Assembly: GCA_963815215.1 (NCBI GenBank)
Contig: CAWFFU010000003.1
Span: forward strand, 1,088,001-1,152,000
DNA from: an uncultured Trueperaceae bacterium
Lineage (GTDB): Bacteria; Deinococcota; Deinococci; Deinococcales; Trueperaceae
DNA: 64,000 nt
Reading direction: 5' to 3'
In this document: one piece after another, positions 18,889-29,368 of the stretch
How positions within the stretch are numbered: the first letter of the stretch is position 1
Layout: each line of letters starts with the position of its first letter
Notes under the pieces: generated by a model
Seen by the model: only the letters and a program-made list of their open reading frames with translations
Told to the model about the DNA's origin: nothing
Database searches by the model: none
Program-made: the position numbers and the translations under genes

Positions 18889-19665
18889 ATGACGGACGTG
18901 CTCGTTCTCGCCCAGGTGATCCTCGCCGCCGGCCTGATCGTGGTCGGCGGGATGGTGGAGGGGTATGGCTACGGCCTTTCGCTCGGCACGCGCTGGCCCT
19001 ACACGCGCAACATCGCGGGGCTGGCGTTCGCCGGTGACCCCGAAGCCTGGCACCGGATCATCGCTACGCTGCTCGGCCTCAACGCCCTCGCCATCCTGGC
19101 GCTGCACCCCGGCGCGCTGTCCTGGACCGGTCTCGGCCTCATCGTCTTCACCGCTCTGCTCGGCATGGCGACGCTCTTCGTACTGGCCGGCAAGGCTCCC
19201 TCCCCGCTGCAGGGTCTCCACGGCCTTCTCGCCTACTCGACCCTGTTCACCTACCTGCTGATCCTGACGCACGGACCCGGCCTCGGGTTCTACCTGGAGA
19301 CGGGCGTGCCTCTGCACTCCTTCCTGCTGGTGATCTTCATGGGAGGCGTGGTCACGGGGCAGCGGGGGTTCGGCAAGGCCATCGGCGTGTTCACCTGGCC
19401 GCGCTCCCTGGCCCAGTGGGCGTGGATCGTGCACGGCCTGGCGGTCCTGCTGTTCCTGCTCACGCTGGCCTACGAAACGCCGACGAACAACGTCGCCCTG
19501 CTGTTCCTTCTGGCACAGGTCGGGCTCGGCTTCCTCACGTTCCAGGCCGTCAACGCTTCCTCCGAACGACCCGGCGCGTTGGTCCCCTTCCATCAGCTCC
19601 TGTCCGTCGGGATCGCGATCGCGCTGTTCTACCACCTCCAGGTCCACGTGCCCTGGCTCGGCTGA
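18889..19665 (+). CDS. Heme A synthase (CtaA/COX15)-like membrane protein, cysteine-free
   Basis: GYGLSLGTRWP and EAWHR, plus His in LQGLHG, WIVHG and PFHQ; about 8 TM segments; no Cys. Confidence 0.65.
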   Translation: MTDVLVLAQVILAAGLIVVGGMVEGYGYGLSLGTRWPYTRNIAGLAFAGDPEAWHRIIATLLGLNALAILALHPGALSWTGLGLIVFTALLGMATLFVLAGKAPSPLQGLHGLLAYSTLFTYLLILTHGPGLGFYLETGVPLHSFLLVIFMGGVVTGQRGFGKAIGVFTWPRSLAQWAWIVHGLAVLLFLLTLAYETPTNNVALLFLLAQVGLGFLTFQAVNASSERPGALVPFHQLLSVGIAIALFYHLQVHVPWLG

Positions 19666-19851
19666 GGCCGCCTCTCCCGAGGACCGTTGAACCGGCCGAC
19701 GTCGGCGCCTTGCAGGGCCTGCAGGCGACCGTACGATCGGCTCAAGCCACGCGCGCTCCCCCTACCGACACTGATGAAGCGGCGCGCACCGGGACAACCC
19801 GGAACGCCCACGCCCCGGCGCTCTACAATCCAGCCACGGCAGGAGGCAGCC

Positions 19852-21501
19852 ATGGAGTTCCAGTCCTATGCGTACGGCACCAACGCCTGGCTACGCGACC
19901 CCGACCTGAAGGCGGTCCTGCGCGGCGTCTGGCCGGCGATGGCCGAGCATGAAGAGGCGCTCTCCGCCTTCGGCAACCTCGCCAACGGCGAGGCCTATGA
20001 GGTCGCCTACCACGTCGATCACGGTGCGCAGCCGGTGCTGGTCAGTCACGACCTCGACGGCAACCGCATCGACCGCGTCCGCCTCAGCCCCGCGCAGCGC
20101 GCGTTGATGCCGAAGCTGGCGCCGATGATGCGGCCGCCGTTCGAAGGCGGGAGCTGGCACCACCACTTCGCGCTGGGCTACCTGCTGGCCGACCCCGGCC
20201 TGTATTGCGTCCTCACCATCACGCTGCAGACGGCGTACGCGCTCCACAAGTACGCGCCCGAACACGAGGACCTGAAGCAGGCGCTCCTCGGCCTGGACGT
20301 CTACGGTGCCACCTGGATGACGGAGAACCAGGGTGGCAGCGACCTCGGTTCCAACCGCACCGTGGCCCGACGCGACGGTGACGGCTGGCGGCTCGAGGGT
20401 GGGGACAAGTACTTCGCGAGTGGCGCGGGACTGACCGACGTCGCCGTCGTCACCGCCCGGCCGGAGGGAGCGCCGGCCGGCCCCAAGGGGCTTGCGCTGT
20501 TCCTGGTCCCGCGGCTCGACGCGGCGGGCGCGCTCAACTTCCGCGTCCGGCGGCTCAAGGACAAGAGCGCCACGCGCGCCGTTCCCTCCGGCGAGGTCGA
20601 GCTCGAGGGCAGCCGTGCGGAGCGGATCGGTCGAGCCGACGAGGGCATCTACTACACGCTCGAGACCCTCACCGTCTCACGCCTCGCGAACGCCGTCGCC
20701 AGCATGGGTATCGCACGCAAGGCGGCGCAGGAGGTCGAGGAGCGGGTGCGCCGGCGCCGCGCGTTCGGGCGGCCCCTGCTCGAGCACCCCCTCGTCCGCC
20801 GCGACCTCGTCGATATCGCGGTTCGCCAGGCAGGGGGGCTTGCCCTCGCGTTCCAGGCCGTCGACGCCTTCGATCGTGCCTGGCACGAACGCCCGCCGTA
20901 CTCGGGCGACTACCACTACGCACGCCTTCTCGGGCACCTCGCGAAGAACCGCACCGCCGATCACGCCGCCGAGGTGACGCGGCTCGCCATGGAGCTGTTC
21001 GGCGGGCTCGGCTTCCTGGAGGAGTACGCCGTGGCGCGCTGGCACCGCGAGGCCCTGATCACGCCCATCTGGGAGGGACCGAGCAACATCCAGGCCCTCG
21101 ACCTGCTCGAGGTGATGGACAAGAAGGGGGCCCATCTCCCCTTCGCCGACGCCATGCGCGGGCTCCTTGGCACGGCCGCGACGCCCGAAGCGCAGCTCGC
21201 CTCACGAGTGCTCGACGACAGCCTGGCATCGCTCGCGGGCCTCGATGCCCTGCAGGCGCAGTGGTTCGGCAAGGATCTGTTGGCACGCCTGGCGGACGTC
21301 GCCCAGGTGGCGTTCCTGTATGCCCTCGATGCTGGGCGGGGCGGGCGCTACGGGAAGCTGGCCGCGCTCTACGCCGCCCGCTTCCTGCGACACGAGCCCT
21401 ACCCGGCCTGGGCGATGAACGACCCGGACGTACTCGCGCTCGCACCCGCCCCCGTCCGAACATCGGGAGGCTCAGGACGCCTCGACGACCTCGCTTCGTA
21501 G
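19852..21501 (+). CDS. Acyl-CoA dehydrogenase family protein (AidB-like)
   Basis: GATWMTENQGGSDL, DKYFASG, RRLKDK, RRRAFG, ELFGGLGF, PIWEGPSNIQALD. AGGAGG RBS. Confidence 0.9.
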   Translation: MEFQSYAYGTNAWLRDPDLKAVLRGVWPAMAEHEEALSAFGNLANGEAYEVAYHVDHGAQPVLVSHDLDGNRIDRVRLSPAQRALMPKLAPMMRPPFEGGSWHHHFALGYLLADPGLYCVLTITLQTAYALHKYAPEHEDLKQALLGLDVYGATWMTENQGGSDLGSNRTVARRDGDGWRLEGGDKYFASGAGLTDVAVVTARPEGAPAGPKGLALFLVPRLDAAGALNFRVRRLKDKSATRAVPSGEVELEGSRAERIGRADEGIYYTLETLTVSRLANAVASMGIARKAAQEVEERVRRRRAFGRPLLEHPLVRRDLVDIAVRQAGGLALAFQAVDAFDRAWHERPPYSGDYHYARLLGHLAKNRTADHAAEVTRLAMELFGGLGFLEEYAVARWHREALITPIWEGPSNIQALDLLEVMDKKGAHLPFADAMRGLLGTAATPEAQLASRVLDDSLASLAGLDALQAQWFGKDLLARLADVAQVAFLYALDAGRGGRYGKLAALYAARFLRHEPYPAWAMNDPDVLALAPAPVRTSGGSGRLDDLAS

Positions 21502-22083
21502 CAGCCGGAGCGAGCGCTCCCAACGCACCAGCTCGTCGAGCATGGCGTCCGCCGCCTGCTCCATCGTCTCGTTGGCCCGGATCCGCCCGTCCTCATCGAG
21601 GAACTGCTTCACGAACGGGATCGACACGGCCTCGACCATGGGCGTCATCTTCAGGGTGGTGAGCACCTGCTTCAGCATCTGGGCGGCGCGTGTTCCGGCG
21701 GCCACGCCGCCGTAGCTCACGATCCCGGCGGGCTTGTACGCCCACTCCCGGTGGAGGAAGTCGATCGCGTTCTTCAGGGGCGCGGTGAAACCGAAGTTGT
21801 ACTCGGGCGTCACGAACACGAACGCGTCCGCACGTTGGACGCGCGCGCTCCAGGCCCTGGTGTGCTGGTGTTGGTAGCGTTGCAGGCGGGGGTGCTGGGG
21901 CTCGTCGAAGAAGGGCAGATCGACCTCGGCCAGGTCCACCCACTCGACCTCGAAGCCACCGTGCTCCACGGCACGCTGATAGAACCATTCACCCACCGGC
22001 AGCCCTACACGGCCGGGACGCGTGCTCGCCACGACGACATGGAGCCTGGGAACGTAGGTCGTGGAATCTGAACGATCGGTCAT
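21472..22083 (-). CDS. NADPH-dependent FMN reductase
   Basis: ASTRPGRVG, FVTPEYN, LKNAIDFL, KPAGIVSYGG. The 3' end overlaps the convergent ACAD gene by 30 nt. Confidence 0.92.
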   Translation of the reverse strand: MTDRSDSTTYVPRLHVVVASTRPGRVGLPVGEWFYQRAVEHGGFEVEWVDLAEVDLPFFDEPQHPRLQRYQHQHTRAWSARVQRADAFVFVTPEYNFGFTAPLKNAIDFLHREWAYKPAGIVSYGGVAAGTRAAQMLKQVLTTLKMTPMVEAVSIPFVKQFLDEDGRIRANETMEQAADAMLDELVRWERSLRLLRSEVVEAS

Positions 22084-22382
22084 GCGCTCTCCTTCGGTAC
22101 CGGGTCCCGTGACGCAGGGAGCTCGGGGGGCGAGCTCGGCGGCCGCCGGATGCTGGGGCCCGTGGCGCCACCGTCCGACGTTATCGCCTTCCGTGGCGGC
22201 GGGGGTATCGCCACACACACGCTTCGCCTCGGGGCGCTCATGCCACGTACGCCCGGCTGGCCGGCCCGCACTCTGGTACCTTGGCAAACGGTATCGGGGG
22301 GCATAGCGCCGCACCCTCGAGTACGGCCTGCCACGTTCGAACCGCCCTGGGGTTCGGGCGGGAGCGCCAGGAGAGAGGCGAC

Positions 22383-23831
22383 ATGGAACGTCCCGGCATG
22401 GCAACGATCGACGGTGCACGCACCGCCCCACGAACCCGCGGATCGTCCGCGGCCTCCCGACACGGCGCGCTCGTCGGCACGGCGCACCCCAGGCGTCGAT
22501 CCCGATTCATCCGTCTGGCCTTCGCGACGCTGGCGCTGGCCGGCCTGGCGCTCCCAGCTTCCGCGGCCGCGCAGTCCGCGTGCACGACCACCCTCGACTA
22601 CCTGACGCTCTCGGAATTCGACAGCGGCATGCAGCCGATCATCCAGGCGTTCGAGAAGCAGCATCCCGGCGTGTGCGTGAAGATGGAGGGCTACTCCTTC
22701 GGCGACCTGTTCCAGACCACGCAGGTCAGGATGCGTGCGCACGACAGCGGCATCGACGTGCTGCTCGTCGATCAGCCGGTGGTGGCGGCCTACACGGCGC
22801 TGGGGTACCTGGCCCCACTGGACGGAGCCTTCACGGGCCAGCAGCTCGCGAACACCTGGGTCCGGCCCGCCATCGACGCGGGCAGGGTGAACGGTCACCT
22901 GATGGCCGCTCCCCAGGACAGCTCGATCCAATTGCTGTATTACAACCGCGCCCTCTTCCGGAACGCCGGCGTGACCCCGCCGGCCGGCCTCGTGCCCGGC
23001 AAGACCGTGACGTACGCCGACGTCGCCGCGCTGGCGAGCGAGCAGCGCTGGACCTGGGAGCAGGTGGTGGCGGCCGCGAAGCAGCTCACGATCCGCTCCG
23101 GCGGCGCGACCCGCGTGTGGGGCTTCACGTTCGGCCAGCCCGACGAGCTGTACCAGCTGCAGCCGCTGGGCCTGTCGCTGGGAGGGACCATCCTGAGCCC
23201 CGACGGCACGACAGTCGACGGCTACCTCAACGACGCGGCGTGGCTGAAGGCGGCCACCTGGTACGGCGCTCTCTTCAACGCCTCCAAGGTGAGCCCCAAG
23301 GGCGTGCCCTACCCGCAGACCGCCGACCTGTTCGCCGAAGGCAAGGTCGCGCTCTACGCCGGCGGCGCCTGGCAACTCAGCAAGTTCAAGAGCTCGGGCA
23401 TCGACTTCGGCATCGCGCCCTACCCGGCGTTCGCGGGCGGCACGGTCGCCACGCCGACCGGCGGCTGGTACCTGGGCGTGGCGGCGTACTCGAAGCACAA
23501 AGCGGAGGCGGCCGCCTTCATCCGCTTCCTGACCGCAGAACAGGGGGCCGCGTTGTGGTTCACCTCGTACGGCCACTTCCCGCCGCAACAGAGCGTGCTC
23601 GACCTCATCAGCTCCGGCAAGACCTACACCACCTTCCCGGACGATGCCTATCTGCTCGGGGCCTATCAGTCCCGCTCCACCGCCGTGGTGCGACCCAAGA
23701 CTCCAGCCTACCTGCAACTCCACAACATCTTCGACAGCGCCTTCAGCGATATCCGCAACGGCGCGGACCCGAAGCGATCACTCGACGACGCCGTCCGTCA
23801 GATCGACCCGTACCTGAAGCGCTTCCAGTGA
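22383..23831 (+). CDS. Carbohydrate ABC substrate-binding protein (CUT1)
   Basis: Signal-like helix, AFEKQHPGV, LLYYNRALF, FAEGKVA, GGWYLGV. Start position uncertain. Confidence 0.85.
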   Translation: MERPGMATIDGARTAPRTRGSSAASRHGALVGTAHPRRRSRFIRLAFATLALAGLALPASAAAQSACTTTLDYLTLSEFDSGMQPIIQAFEKQHPGVCVKMEGYSFGDLFQTTQVRMRAHDSGIDVLLVDQPVVAAYTALGYLAPLDGAFTGQQLANTWVRPAIDAGRVNGHLMAAPQDSSIQLLYYNRALFRNAGVTPPAGLVPGKTVTYADVAALASEQRWTWEQVVAAAKQLTIRSGGATRVWGFTFGQPDELYQLQPLGLSLGGTILSPDGTTVDGYLNDAAWLKAATWYGALFNASKVSPKGVPYPQTADLFAEGKVALYAGGAWQLSKFKSSGIDFGIAPYPAFAGGTVATPTGGWYLGVAAYSKHKAEAAAFIRFLTAEQGAALWFTSYGHFPPQQSVLDLISSGKTYTTFPDDAYLLGAYQSRSTAVVRPKTPAYLQLHNIFDSAFSDIRNGADPKRSLDDAVRQIDPYLKRFQ

Positions 23832-23849
23832 ACGGCGGAGGGTCGGGCG

Positions 23850-24767
23850 GTGGCCGCAAGGGCTGATCGGCACCGCGCCGGACGCCGCCGGGACCGGCAC
23901 CAGGAACGCGTCGCCTACCTGTTCCTGGTGCCGGCTCTGGCGGGGCTCGCGCTGTTCCGGGTGGTCCCGATCCTGGAGGCGGTCGGCGGCGCCCTCTACC
24001 GCGAGGTGTTCTCCTCCCACGGTTCCGTGACGGCCTTCGTGGGGCTCGGCAACTTCGCGGCGCTGGCCGCCGATCCGGTGTTCTGGACGTCGCTCTGGGT
24101 GACGCTGAAGCTCAACCTGGTGATCGACCCGATGCAGGTGGGACTGGCCCTCGTCCTGGCGTTGATGGTCAACGGCGCCTCGCGCGGCATCAAGCTCTAC
24201 CGCCTGCTGGTGCTGCTGCCGATCGGGGTGTCGCTCCCCGTTGCCACCCTCCTGTGGCGCCTCATGCTCGACCCCAACAACGGCTTCGCGAACGCCTTGC
24301 TCGCGCTGGTCGGCCTTCCCCAACAGCCCTTCTTCACCAGTGCGGGCCAGGCGCTGTGGAGCATCATCCTGATCGCCAACTGGAAGGGCGTGAGCTACTG
24401 GATGGTGTTCGTGCTGGCGGGCCTGCAGGGGATCCCGACGGAGCTCCAGGAGGCGGCCGCCATCGACGGCGCGGGGAGGTTGCAGCGCTTCGTGCGCGTC
24501 ACCCTGCCGCTATTGCGCAGACCCCTCTTGTTCGTGCTGGTCGCCGATACCATCATCAACTTCGTGATGTTCGTGCCTATGTACCTGCTCACGCGGGGCG
24601 GTCCGTCGGGCGCCACCAACGTGCTCATGTACCAGGCCTACAAGGTCGGCTTCGCCTTCGGGGACATGGGGCAGGCGCTCGCCATCGTGACCGTGTTGCT
24701 GGCGCTCTTGCTGGTGGTGGTGGCGTGGCAGTTCCGATTGCTCGGCACGGCAACGGAGCGCCCGTGA
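23850..24767 (+). CDS. Carbohydrate ABC permease 1
   Basis: FVGLGNF, LAGLQGIPTELQEAAAIDGA, LTRGGP. Confidence 0.9.
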   Translation: MAARADRHRAGRRRDRHQERVAYLFLVPALAGLALFRVVPILEAVGGALYREVFSSHGSVTAFVGLGNFAALAADPVFWTSLWVTLKLNLVIDPMQVGLALVLALMVNGASRGIKLYRLLVLLPIGVSLPVATLLWRLMLDPNNGFANALLALVGLPQQPFFTSAGQALWSIILIANWKGVSYWMVFVLAGLQGIPTELQEAAAIDGAGRLQRFVRVTLPLLRRPLLFVLVADTIINFVMFVPMYLLTRGGPSGATNVLMYQAYKVGFAFGDMGQALAIVTVLLALLLVVVAWQFRLLGTATERP

Positions 24768-25609
24768 AGCGACCTCTGCGGTGGTTGTGGGGTGCGCTCC
24801 TCGGCCTGCTCTACGTAGCCGTCGCCGCCTTCTTCGTGGTGCCCCTGTGGTGGGCGCTGGTGGGCTCGCTGACGCCGCTCAACGACGTCTTCCGCTACCT
24901 GGCGCCTTTCGATGTGCGCGCCTTGTGGCCTGCCCACCCGACGTTCGCGGCCTACGGCGCCCTGTTCCGGGACCACGCCTTCGCACGCGTGCTGTTCAAC
25001 ACGGCCTTCGTGGCGCTCGTGACAGTGGCGGCCGGGCTCGCGGTCAACGGCCTGGCCGGGTTCGCGTTCGCGGTGATGGCCTTCCGTGGCAAGCGTGTCC
25101 TGTTCGCAGCGGTGCTGGTCTCCGCCATGGTGCCCGCCGAAGCGCTCGCCATCCCCCTCTACCGGGTGGTGGGGGCGCTCGGCATGCTCGACAGCTACGG
25201 AGCCCTCATCGCTCCGGCCGTGAGCAACGGCATCGCCATCTTCCTGTTCCGCCAGTTCTTCGCCGAGGTGCCGGCCGAGATCAAGGAAGCCGCGCGGATC
25301 GACGGTGCCGGCTGGCTCACCATCCTGCTACGGCTGTACGTGCCGCTCTCCCTCCCCGTGACGATCGCGGCGGGCCTGTTGCTGTTCGTCTTCCAATGGG
25401 AGTCGTTCCTGTGGCCGCTGATCGCCGTGCATTCGCCGGACGTCATGGTGATCCAGATCGCGCTCGCCAACCTCCAGCAGCAACACAGCACGCAGTGGAC
25501 GCAGATCTTCGCCGCGTCGTCGCTCGCCTCGCTGGTACCGCTGCTGCTGTTACTGCCGCTGCAGCGCTACTACGTGCAGGGGATCGTCGACTCCGGCGTG
25601 AAGGGATGA
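24764..25609 (+). CDS. Carbohydrate ABC permease 2
   Basis: FLFRQFF, EAARIDGA, WESFLWPL, QRYYVQGI..GVKG. GTGA overlap with the upstream gene. Confidence 0.9.
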   Translation: MKRPLRWLWGALLGLLYVAVAAFFVVPLWWALVGSLTPLNDVFRYLAPFDVRALWPAHPTFAAYGALFRDHAFARVLFNTAFVALVTVAAGLAVNGLAGFAFAVMAFRGKRVLFAAVLVSAMVPAEALAIPLYRVVGALGMLDSYGALIAPAVSNGIAIFLFRQFFAEVPAEIKEAARIDGAGWLTILLRLYVPLSLPVTIAAGLLLFVFQWESFLWPLIAVHSPDVMVIQIALANLQQQHSTQWTQIFAASSLASLVPLLLLLPLQRYYVQGIVDSGVKG

Positions 25610-25639
25610 CCGCGACGAGCAGCGTGGACGTCCGTGGCC

Positions 25640-26116
25640 TCAGTGTCCCCCGGGCGCCGAGGTCGATGCGAGGCCGGCGTGGGTCTGGAACTGGAAGATC
25701 CCGTAGAGCTTGCCGCCGACGCGCTTGCGCTCGACCGTGAGGGTTCCGCCCTGGACGTCGTAGACCACGCGAAGATCGCCGCCTGCGTTGGCCCAGGCAC
25801 GCGCCACCTGGACGGTCCCGCGAGCCAGGTATTCGTACAGGCGACCGTGCACGCCCATCTCGAAGTAGCCGAACATCGACTCCGGCACCCGAATGCAGAA
25901 CGCCTGCGTCGTCGACGGCGTGTTGGCATCGAGCAAGCCGTCGCAGGCCACCGGGCTGCCCCCGAGCGTGCGCGCCGCCTGTTCGACCATCGTGCCGTAG
26001 GCCGTGCCGGTGTCCATGGCCTGCGCGGCGAAGGCCGCAGGGCCCGCCGATCCCATCGCCACGCCCGCGACGAGCACAGCGATCCTGAGACGACGACCCA
26101 CGAACGATGAAGCCAT
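25640..26116 (-). CDS. Secreted hypothetical protein
   Basis: Signal-like N-terminus ending AFA, two Cys, GAGGAAGG RBS. Confidence 0.55.
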   Translation of the reverse strand: MASSFVGRRLRIAVLVAGVAMGSAGPAAFAAQAMDTGTAYGTMVEQAARTLGGSPVACDGLLDANTPSTTQAFCIRVPESMFGYFEMGVHGRLYEYLARGTVQVARAWANAGGDLRVVYDVQGGTLTVERKRVGGKLYGIFQFQTHAGLASTSAPGGH

Positions 26117-26295
26117 GACGTTCCTTCCTCGCGGCGCCGCGATGAGCGCGTGCACCGTTCCAGCCGATATGCGAGCCCAAAGATACCAGAGCATGTATGA
26201 GAAGTGTTTCTCAGTGAGTCCACGGACCGCCCACTCGGGTGACGGCCGGTGGCGCTTCTCGTCACGCTCCCAGGCACCCTGCGGGAGGGCGACGC

Positions 26296-27117
26296 TCAGC
26301 GCGCGAGCGCCAGGATCCGGAAGGCGCCCTGTGCCACCACGATGAAGACGACCGCCCCGATCACCAGATCGGGGATCCCCGAGCCGGTCAGGCCCACGAG
26401 GACGCCTGCCGCGATGACACCGAGGTTGACGATGACGTCGTTGCTGGTGAAGATCACGCTGGCACGCATGTGAGCCTCGCCGCTTCTCGTCCGCGTCAGG
26501 AGGGTCAGGGTCCAGGCGTTCGCGGCGAGGGCGAGGACCGCGACCCCGATCATGGTGAGGACGTCGGGCCGAGTCGGAACGCCGAAGGCGCGGCGCAGCA
26601 CCTCGAGGAGTCCGAGGCCGGCCAGGGCGAGCTGCCCGTAACCGCTCAGCCGAGCGATGCGCCTCTTGGTCCGGATCGCGCCCTGCACGGCGATCAGGCT
26701 GAGTGCATAGACGAGGGCGTCCGCCAGCATGTCGAGGCTGTCGGCGAGCAGGCCCAGGGAACCCGCCAGCAGCCCGAACGTGGCCTCGAGCAGGAAGAAG
26801 ACTGCGTTGATGACCAGCACCGCGCGAAGCACGCCCGTCTGTGCCGGGCGGCCGGCCTCGACATCGGCGACCGCCTCCGAGCGCAGCAGACGCGCGCCCA
26901 GGCGCAACTCGAGCAGTGCCGCCTCGATGGCGTCGGCGGAGCCGTCGTGGAAGACCACGACCTCGCGCGCTCCGATGTCGACCTGCAGCGAGCGCACCGG
27001 CGGCAGCCCCTCCAGCTTCACCCGCACCAGCGCTTCCTCCGCGGCGCAGTCCATCTGCGCCACGCGGTACACGGAGCGCTCCAACCCCGACGGCCGCACG
27101 GACGCGCCGGGGTTCAC
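26296..27117 (-). CDS. Cation transporter (HMA-like domain + CDF-like membrane domain)
   Basis: MDCAAEE metal-binding-like motif, LLADSLDMLADA, HMRASVIFTSNDV. Confidence 0.85.
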   Translation of the reverse strand: MNPGASVRPSGLERSVYRVAQMDCAAEEALVRVKLEGLPPVRSLQVDIGAREVVVFHDGSADAIEAALLELRLGARLLRSEAVADVEAGRPAQTGVLRAVLVINAVFFLLEATFGLLAGSLGLLADSLDMLADALVYALSLIAVQGAIRTKRRIARLSGYGQLALAGLGLLEVLRRAFGVPTRPDVLTMIGVAVLALAANAWTLTLLTRTRSGEAHMRASVIFTSNDVIVNLGVIAAGVLVGLTGSGIPDLVIGAVVFIVVAQGAFRILALAR

Positions 27118-27644
27118 CAGTCGCGGCGCTCGCGCAGCGCCACGATCTGGGCTACGTGGTGCTCACCGTGCCAGGCGTAGAGCCCGAGCGTCCATCCCAG
27201 CGTGCGCGGAAGACCGGTGCCGGGGTTGATGTAGCAGCGGTCGAAGTCTGGGTCGTCCATGCCGTCGAGCAGCAGGCCCCAACGAACGTGCAGGGACTCG
27301 AAGAGGGCCAGGGCGGGCTCCGGCGCGCCGTGAAGGCTGTCGGGAAGCCCCGCCCAGGCGGCCGGGTCGTACCCGGCCACCGCCGGCGTGTCCTCGGCGA
27401 GCGCCCACTTGAAGCGCAGGTAGGTGTGGAGGTGGCTGTCGGGGAGGTGGTGCACGACCTGCCGGACGCTCCAGCCGCCCTCGCGGTAGGGCGTATCGAG
27501 TTGGGCGTCGTCGAGGCCGGCGACCGCCCGCCGCAGCCGGGCCGGGGCCTCCGTCACGGAGTCGATCCATGCCGAGCGGCTCGCAGCGTCGATCGTCTCG
27601 GGCGGGGCGTAGCGGCCGATTGGGTAGCGCGGATCGTCCGTCAT
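27114..27644 (-). CDS. yfiT: YfiT/BstA family bacillithiol transferase (DinB superfamily)
   Basis: DPRYPIG, LDTPYREGGWSVRQVVHHLPDSH, YAWHGEHHVAQI. Confidence 0.88.
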   Translation of the reverse strand: MTDDPRYPIGRYAPPETIDAASRSAWIDSVTEAPARLRRAVAGLDDAQLDTPYREGGWSVRQVVHHLPDSHLHTYLRFKWALAEDTPAVAGYDPAAWAGLPDSLHGAPEPALALFESLHVRWGLLLDGMDDPDFDRCYINPGTGLPRTLGWTLGLYAWHGEHHVAQIVALRERRDW

Positions 27645-27677
27645 GAGGCCTCCGCAGCGAGTATAGCTGCGCCGCCG

Positions 27678-28034
27678 CTAGCCTCCGGCCATCGCTCCGA
27701 CCACCACGAACGGCTCCTCGCCGCCCGCGACGGCGTCGGGGAGCTCGGTCTCCATCGGTTCGTGGGAGAGATCGCGGCCGTTCGCGAAGAACCGCACGAA
27801 CGCCCGTCGGCGGCGCGTCGCGTGGTCCAGGATGGTGCCGCGGAGCACCGGGTAACGCGCCTCGAGGGCGTCCAGCACCTTCCCGATGGTCGCAGGCGGC
27901 CGCACCTCGAGCGTGACCTCACCGCGAACGTCGGCCAGGTTGCGGAGGTGCTCGGGGAGCACGACCCGCAGCCGCACGGGGACGTCCGCGCCGCCTGGCG
28001 CAATGGCGGGCCCCGCGGCTCCTCGAACCTTCAT
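27678..28034 (-). CDS. MoaD/ThiS family ubiquitin-like protein
   Basis: [21 protein letters not shown]-terminal AMAGG. ATGA overlap with the upstream gene. Confidence 0.85.
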   Translation of the reverse strand: MKVRGAAGPAIAPGGADVPVRLRVVLPEHLRNLADVRGEVTLEVRPPATIGKVLDALEARYPVLRGTILDHATRRRRAFVRFFANGRDLSHEPMETELPDAVAGGEEPFVVVGAMAGG

Positions 28035-29146
28035 GGCAGCGTCTGGACCTCGACCGACAACACGGCAGGGAGGTCGCGCACGATCGGCGCCCAGTGGTCG
28101 CCGTCGTCGGGCGAGACGTACACCTGCCCACCGGTGGTCCCGAAGTAGATGCCACAGGGCTCGAGAGAATCGACCGCCATGGCATCGCGCAGGACGTTCA
28201 CGTAGCAGTTCTCCTGCGGTAGCCCACTCGTCAGCGCCTCCCACTCGTTCCCACCGGTGCGGCTGCGGTACACCCGGAGCTTCCCGTCGGGCGGGTAGTG
28301 CTCCGAGTCGCTCTTGATCGGCACTACGTAGATCGTCTCCGGCTCGTGCGCATGGACATCGATGGGGAACCCGAAGTCGCTGGGAAGGTTGCCGCTCACC
28401 TCGGCCCACGAGCCGCCGCCGTCATCGCTTCGCATGACGTCCCAGTGCTTCTGCATGAACAGTACGTCGGGACGCGACGGGTGCATGGCGATGCGATGAA
28501 CGCAGTGGCCGACGTCCGCTTCGGGATCGGGCAGACCGTCGGAGCGCAACCCGCGGTTCATGGCGTGCCAGCTGACGCCGCCGTCATCGGTGCGGAACAC
28601 GCCGGCGGCGGAGATCGCGATGAACATGCGTTGCGGACGCGTGGGATCGAGCACGATGGTGTGCAGGCACATGCCGCCCGCGCCGGGCTGCCAGTTGGCG
28701 CCCGAGCCGTGCCGTCGCAGACCCGGGAGCTCGTGCCAGCTCGCCCCCGCGTCGGTGGTCCGGAACAGTGCGGCGTCCTCGACCCCGGCGTAGACCATGT
28801 CGGGATCGTCGAGCGAGGGCTCGAGGTGCCACACCCGCTTGAACGCCCAGGGATGGGCCGTACCGTCGTACCACTGGTGGGTGCCCGGCACGCCCTCGTA
28901 GGCGAACTCGTTGCCGACGGGGGTCCAGCTCGTGCCCCCGTCGTCGGAGCGCTGGATGAGCTGGCCGAACCAACCTGTGCTCTGCGAAGCGTAGATGCGA
29001 TTCCGATCGACCGGCGACCCCTTGAGGTGGTACACCTCCCAGCCGGCGAACAACGGACCCTGCACGTCCCAGCGGTCGCGTTTGCCGTCCGCCGTCAGGA
29101 TGAACGCGCCCTTGCGCGTGCCTACCAACACCCGTACACCGCTCAT
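28031..29146 (-). CDS. BNR/Asp-box beta-propeller (sialidase-like) protein
   Basis: [10 protein letters not shown] and repeated SDDGGxSW / TDDGGxSW Asp-boxes; GMCLH, GHCVH. Confidence 0.88.
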   Translation of the reverse strand: MSGVRVLVGTRKGAFILTADGKRDRWDVQGPLFAGWEVYHLKGSPVDRNRIYASQSTGWFGQLIQRSDDGGTSWTPVGNEFAYEGVPGTHQWYDGTAHPWAFKRVWHLEPSLDDPDMVYAGVEDAALFRTTDAGASWHELPGLRRHGSGANWQPGAGGMCLHTIVLDPTRPQRMFIAISAAGVFRTDDGGVSWHAMNRGLRSDGLPDPEADVGHCVHRIAMHPSRPDVLFMQKHWDVMRSDDGGGSWAEVSGNLPSDFGFPIDVHAHEPETIYVVPIKSDSEHYPPDGKLRVYRSRTGGNEWEALTSGLPQENCYVNVLRDAMAVDSLEPCGIYFGTTGGQVYVSPDDGDHWAPIVRDLPAVLSVEVQTLP

Positions 29147-29233
29147 GGTCGACTCCTCTCCGAGCCGAACTCCTCACGCACTCTCCCGGCTCGCGTCCGG
29201 GCCTTCGAGCTTCGCGGCCGCACGCGCTGGTGA

Positions 29234-29368
29234 TCAGCCGTACGGCTTCAGGGCACGGTCGTAGACGTCGGCCGGCGAGCGCGTGGCACGACGCACGTGA
29301 CGGTAGATGCAGGTCCGCTCGATGACGGCGCAGTCGCCGAGGTCGAGTTCGACCGGAACAGCGTTCAT
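29234..29368 (-). pseudogene. Truncated MarR-family regulator N-terminus (44 aa)
   Basis: MNAVPVELDLGDCAVIERTCIYRHVRRATRSPADVYDRALKPYG-stop resembles the C..vRRa.R...YD.AL.P.G N-terminal helix of Cys-containing MarRs. The HTH is missing. TACACT lies 8 nt upstream. Confidence 0.55.
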
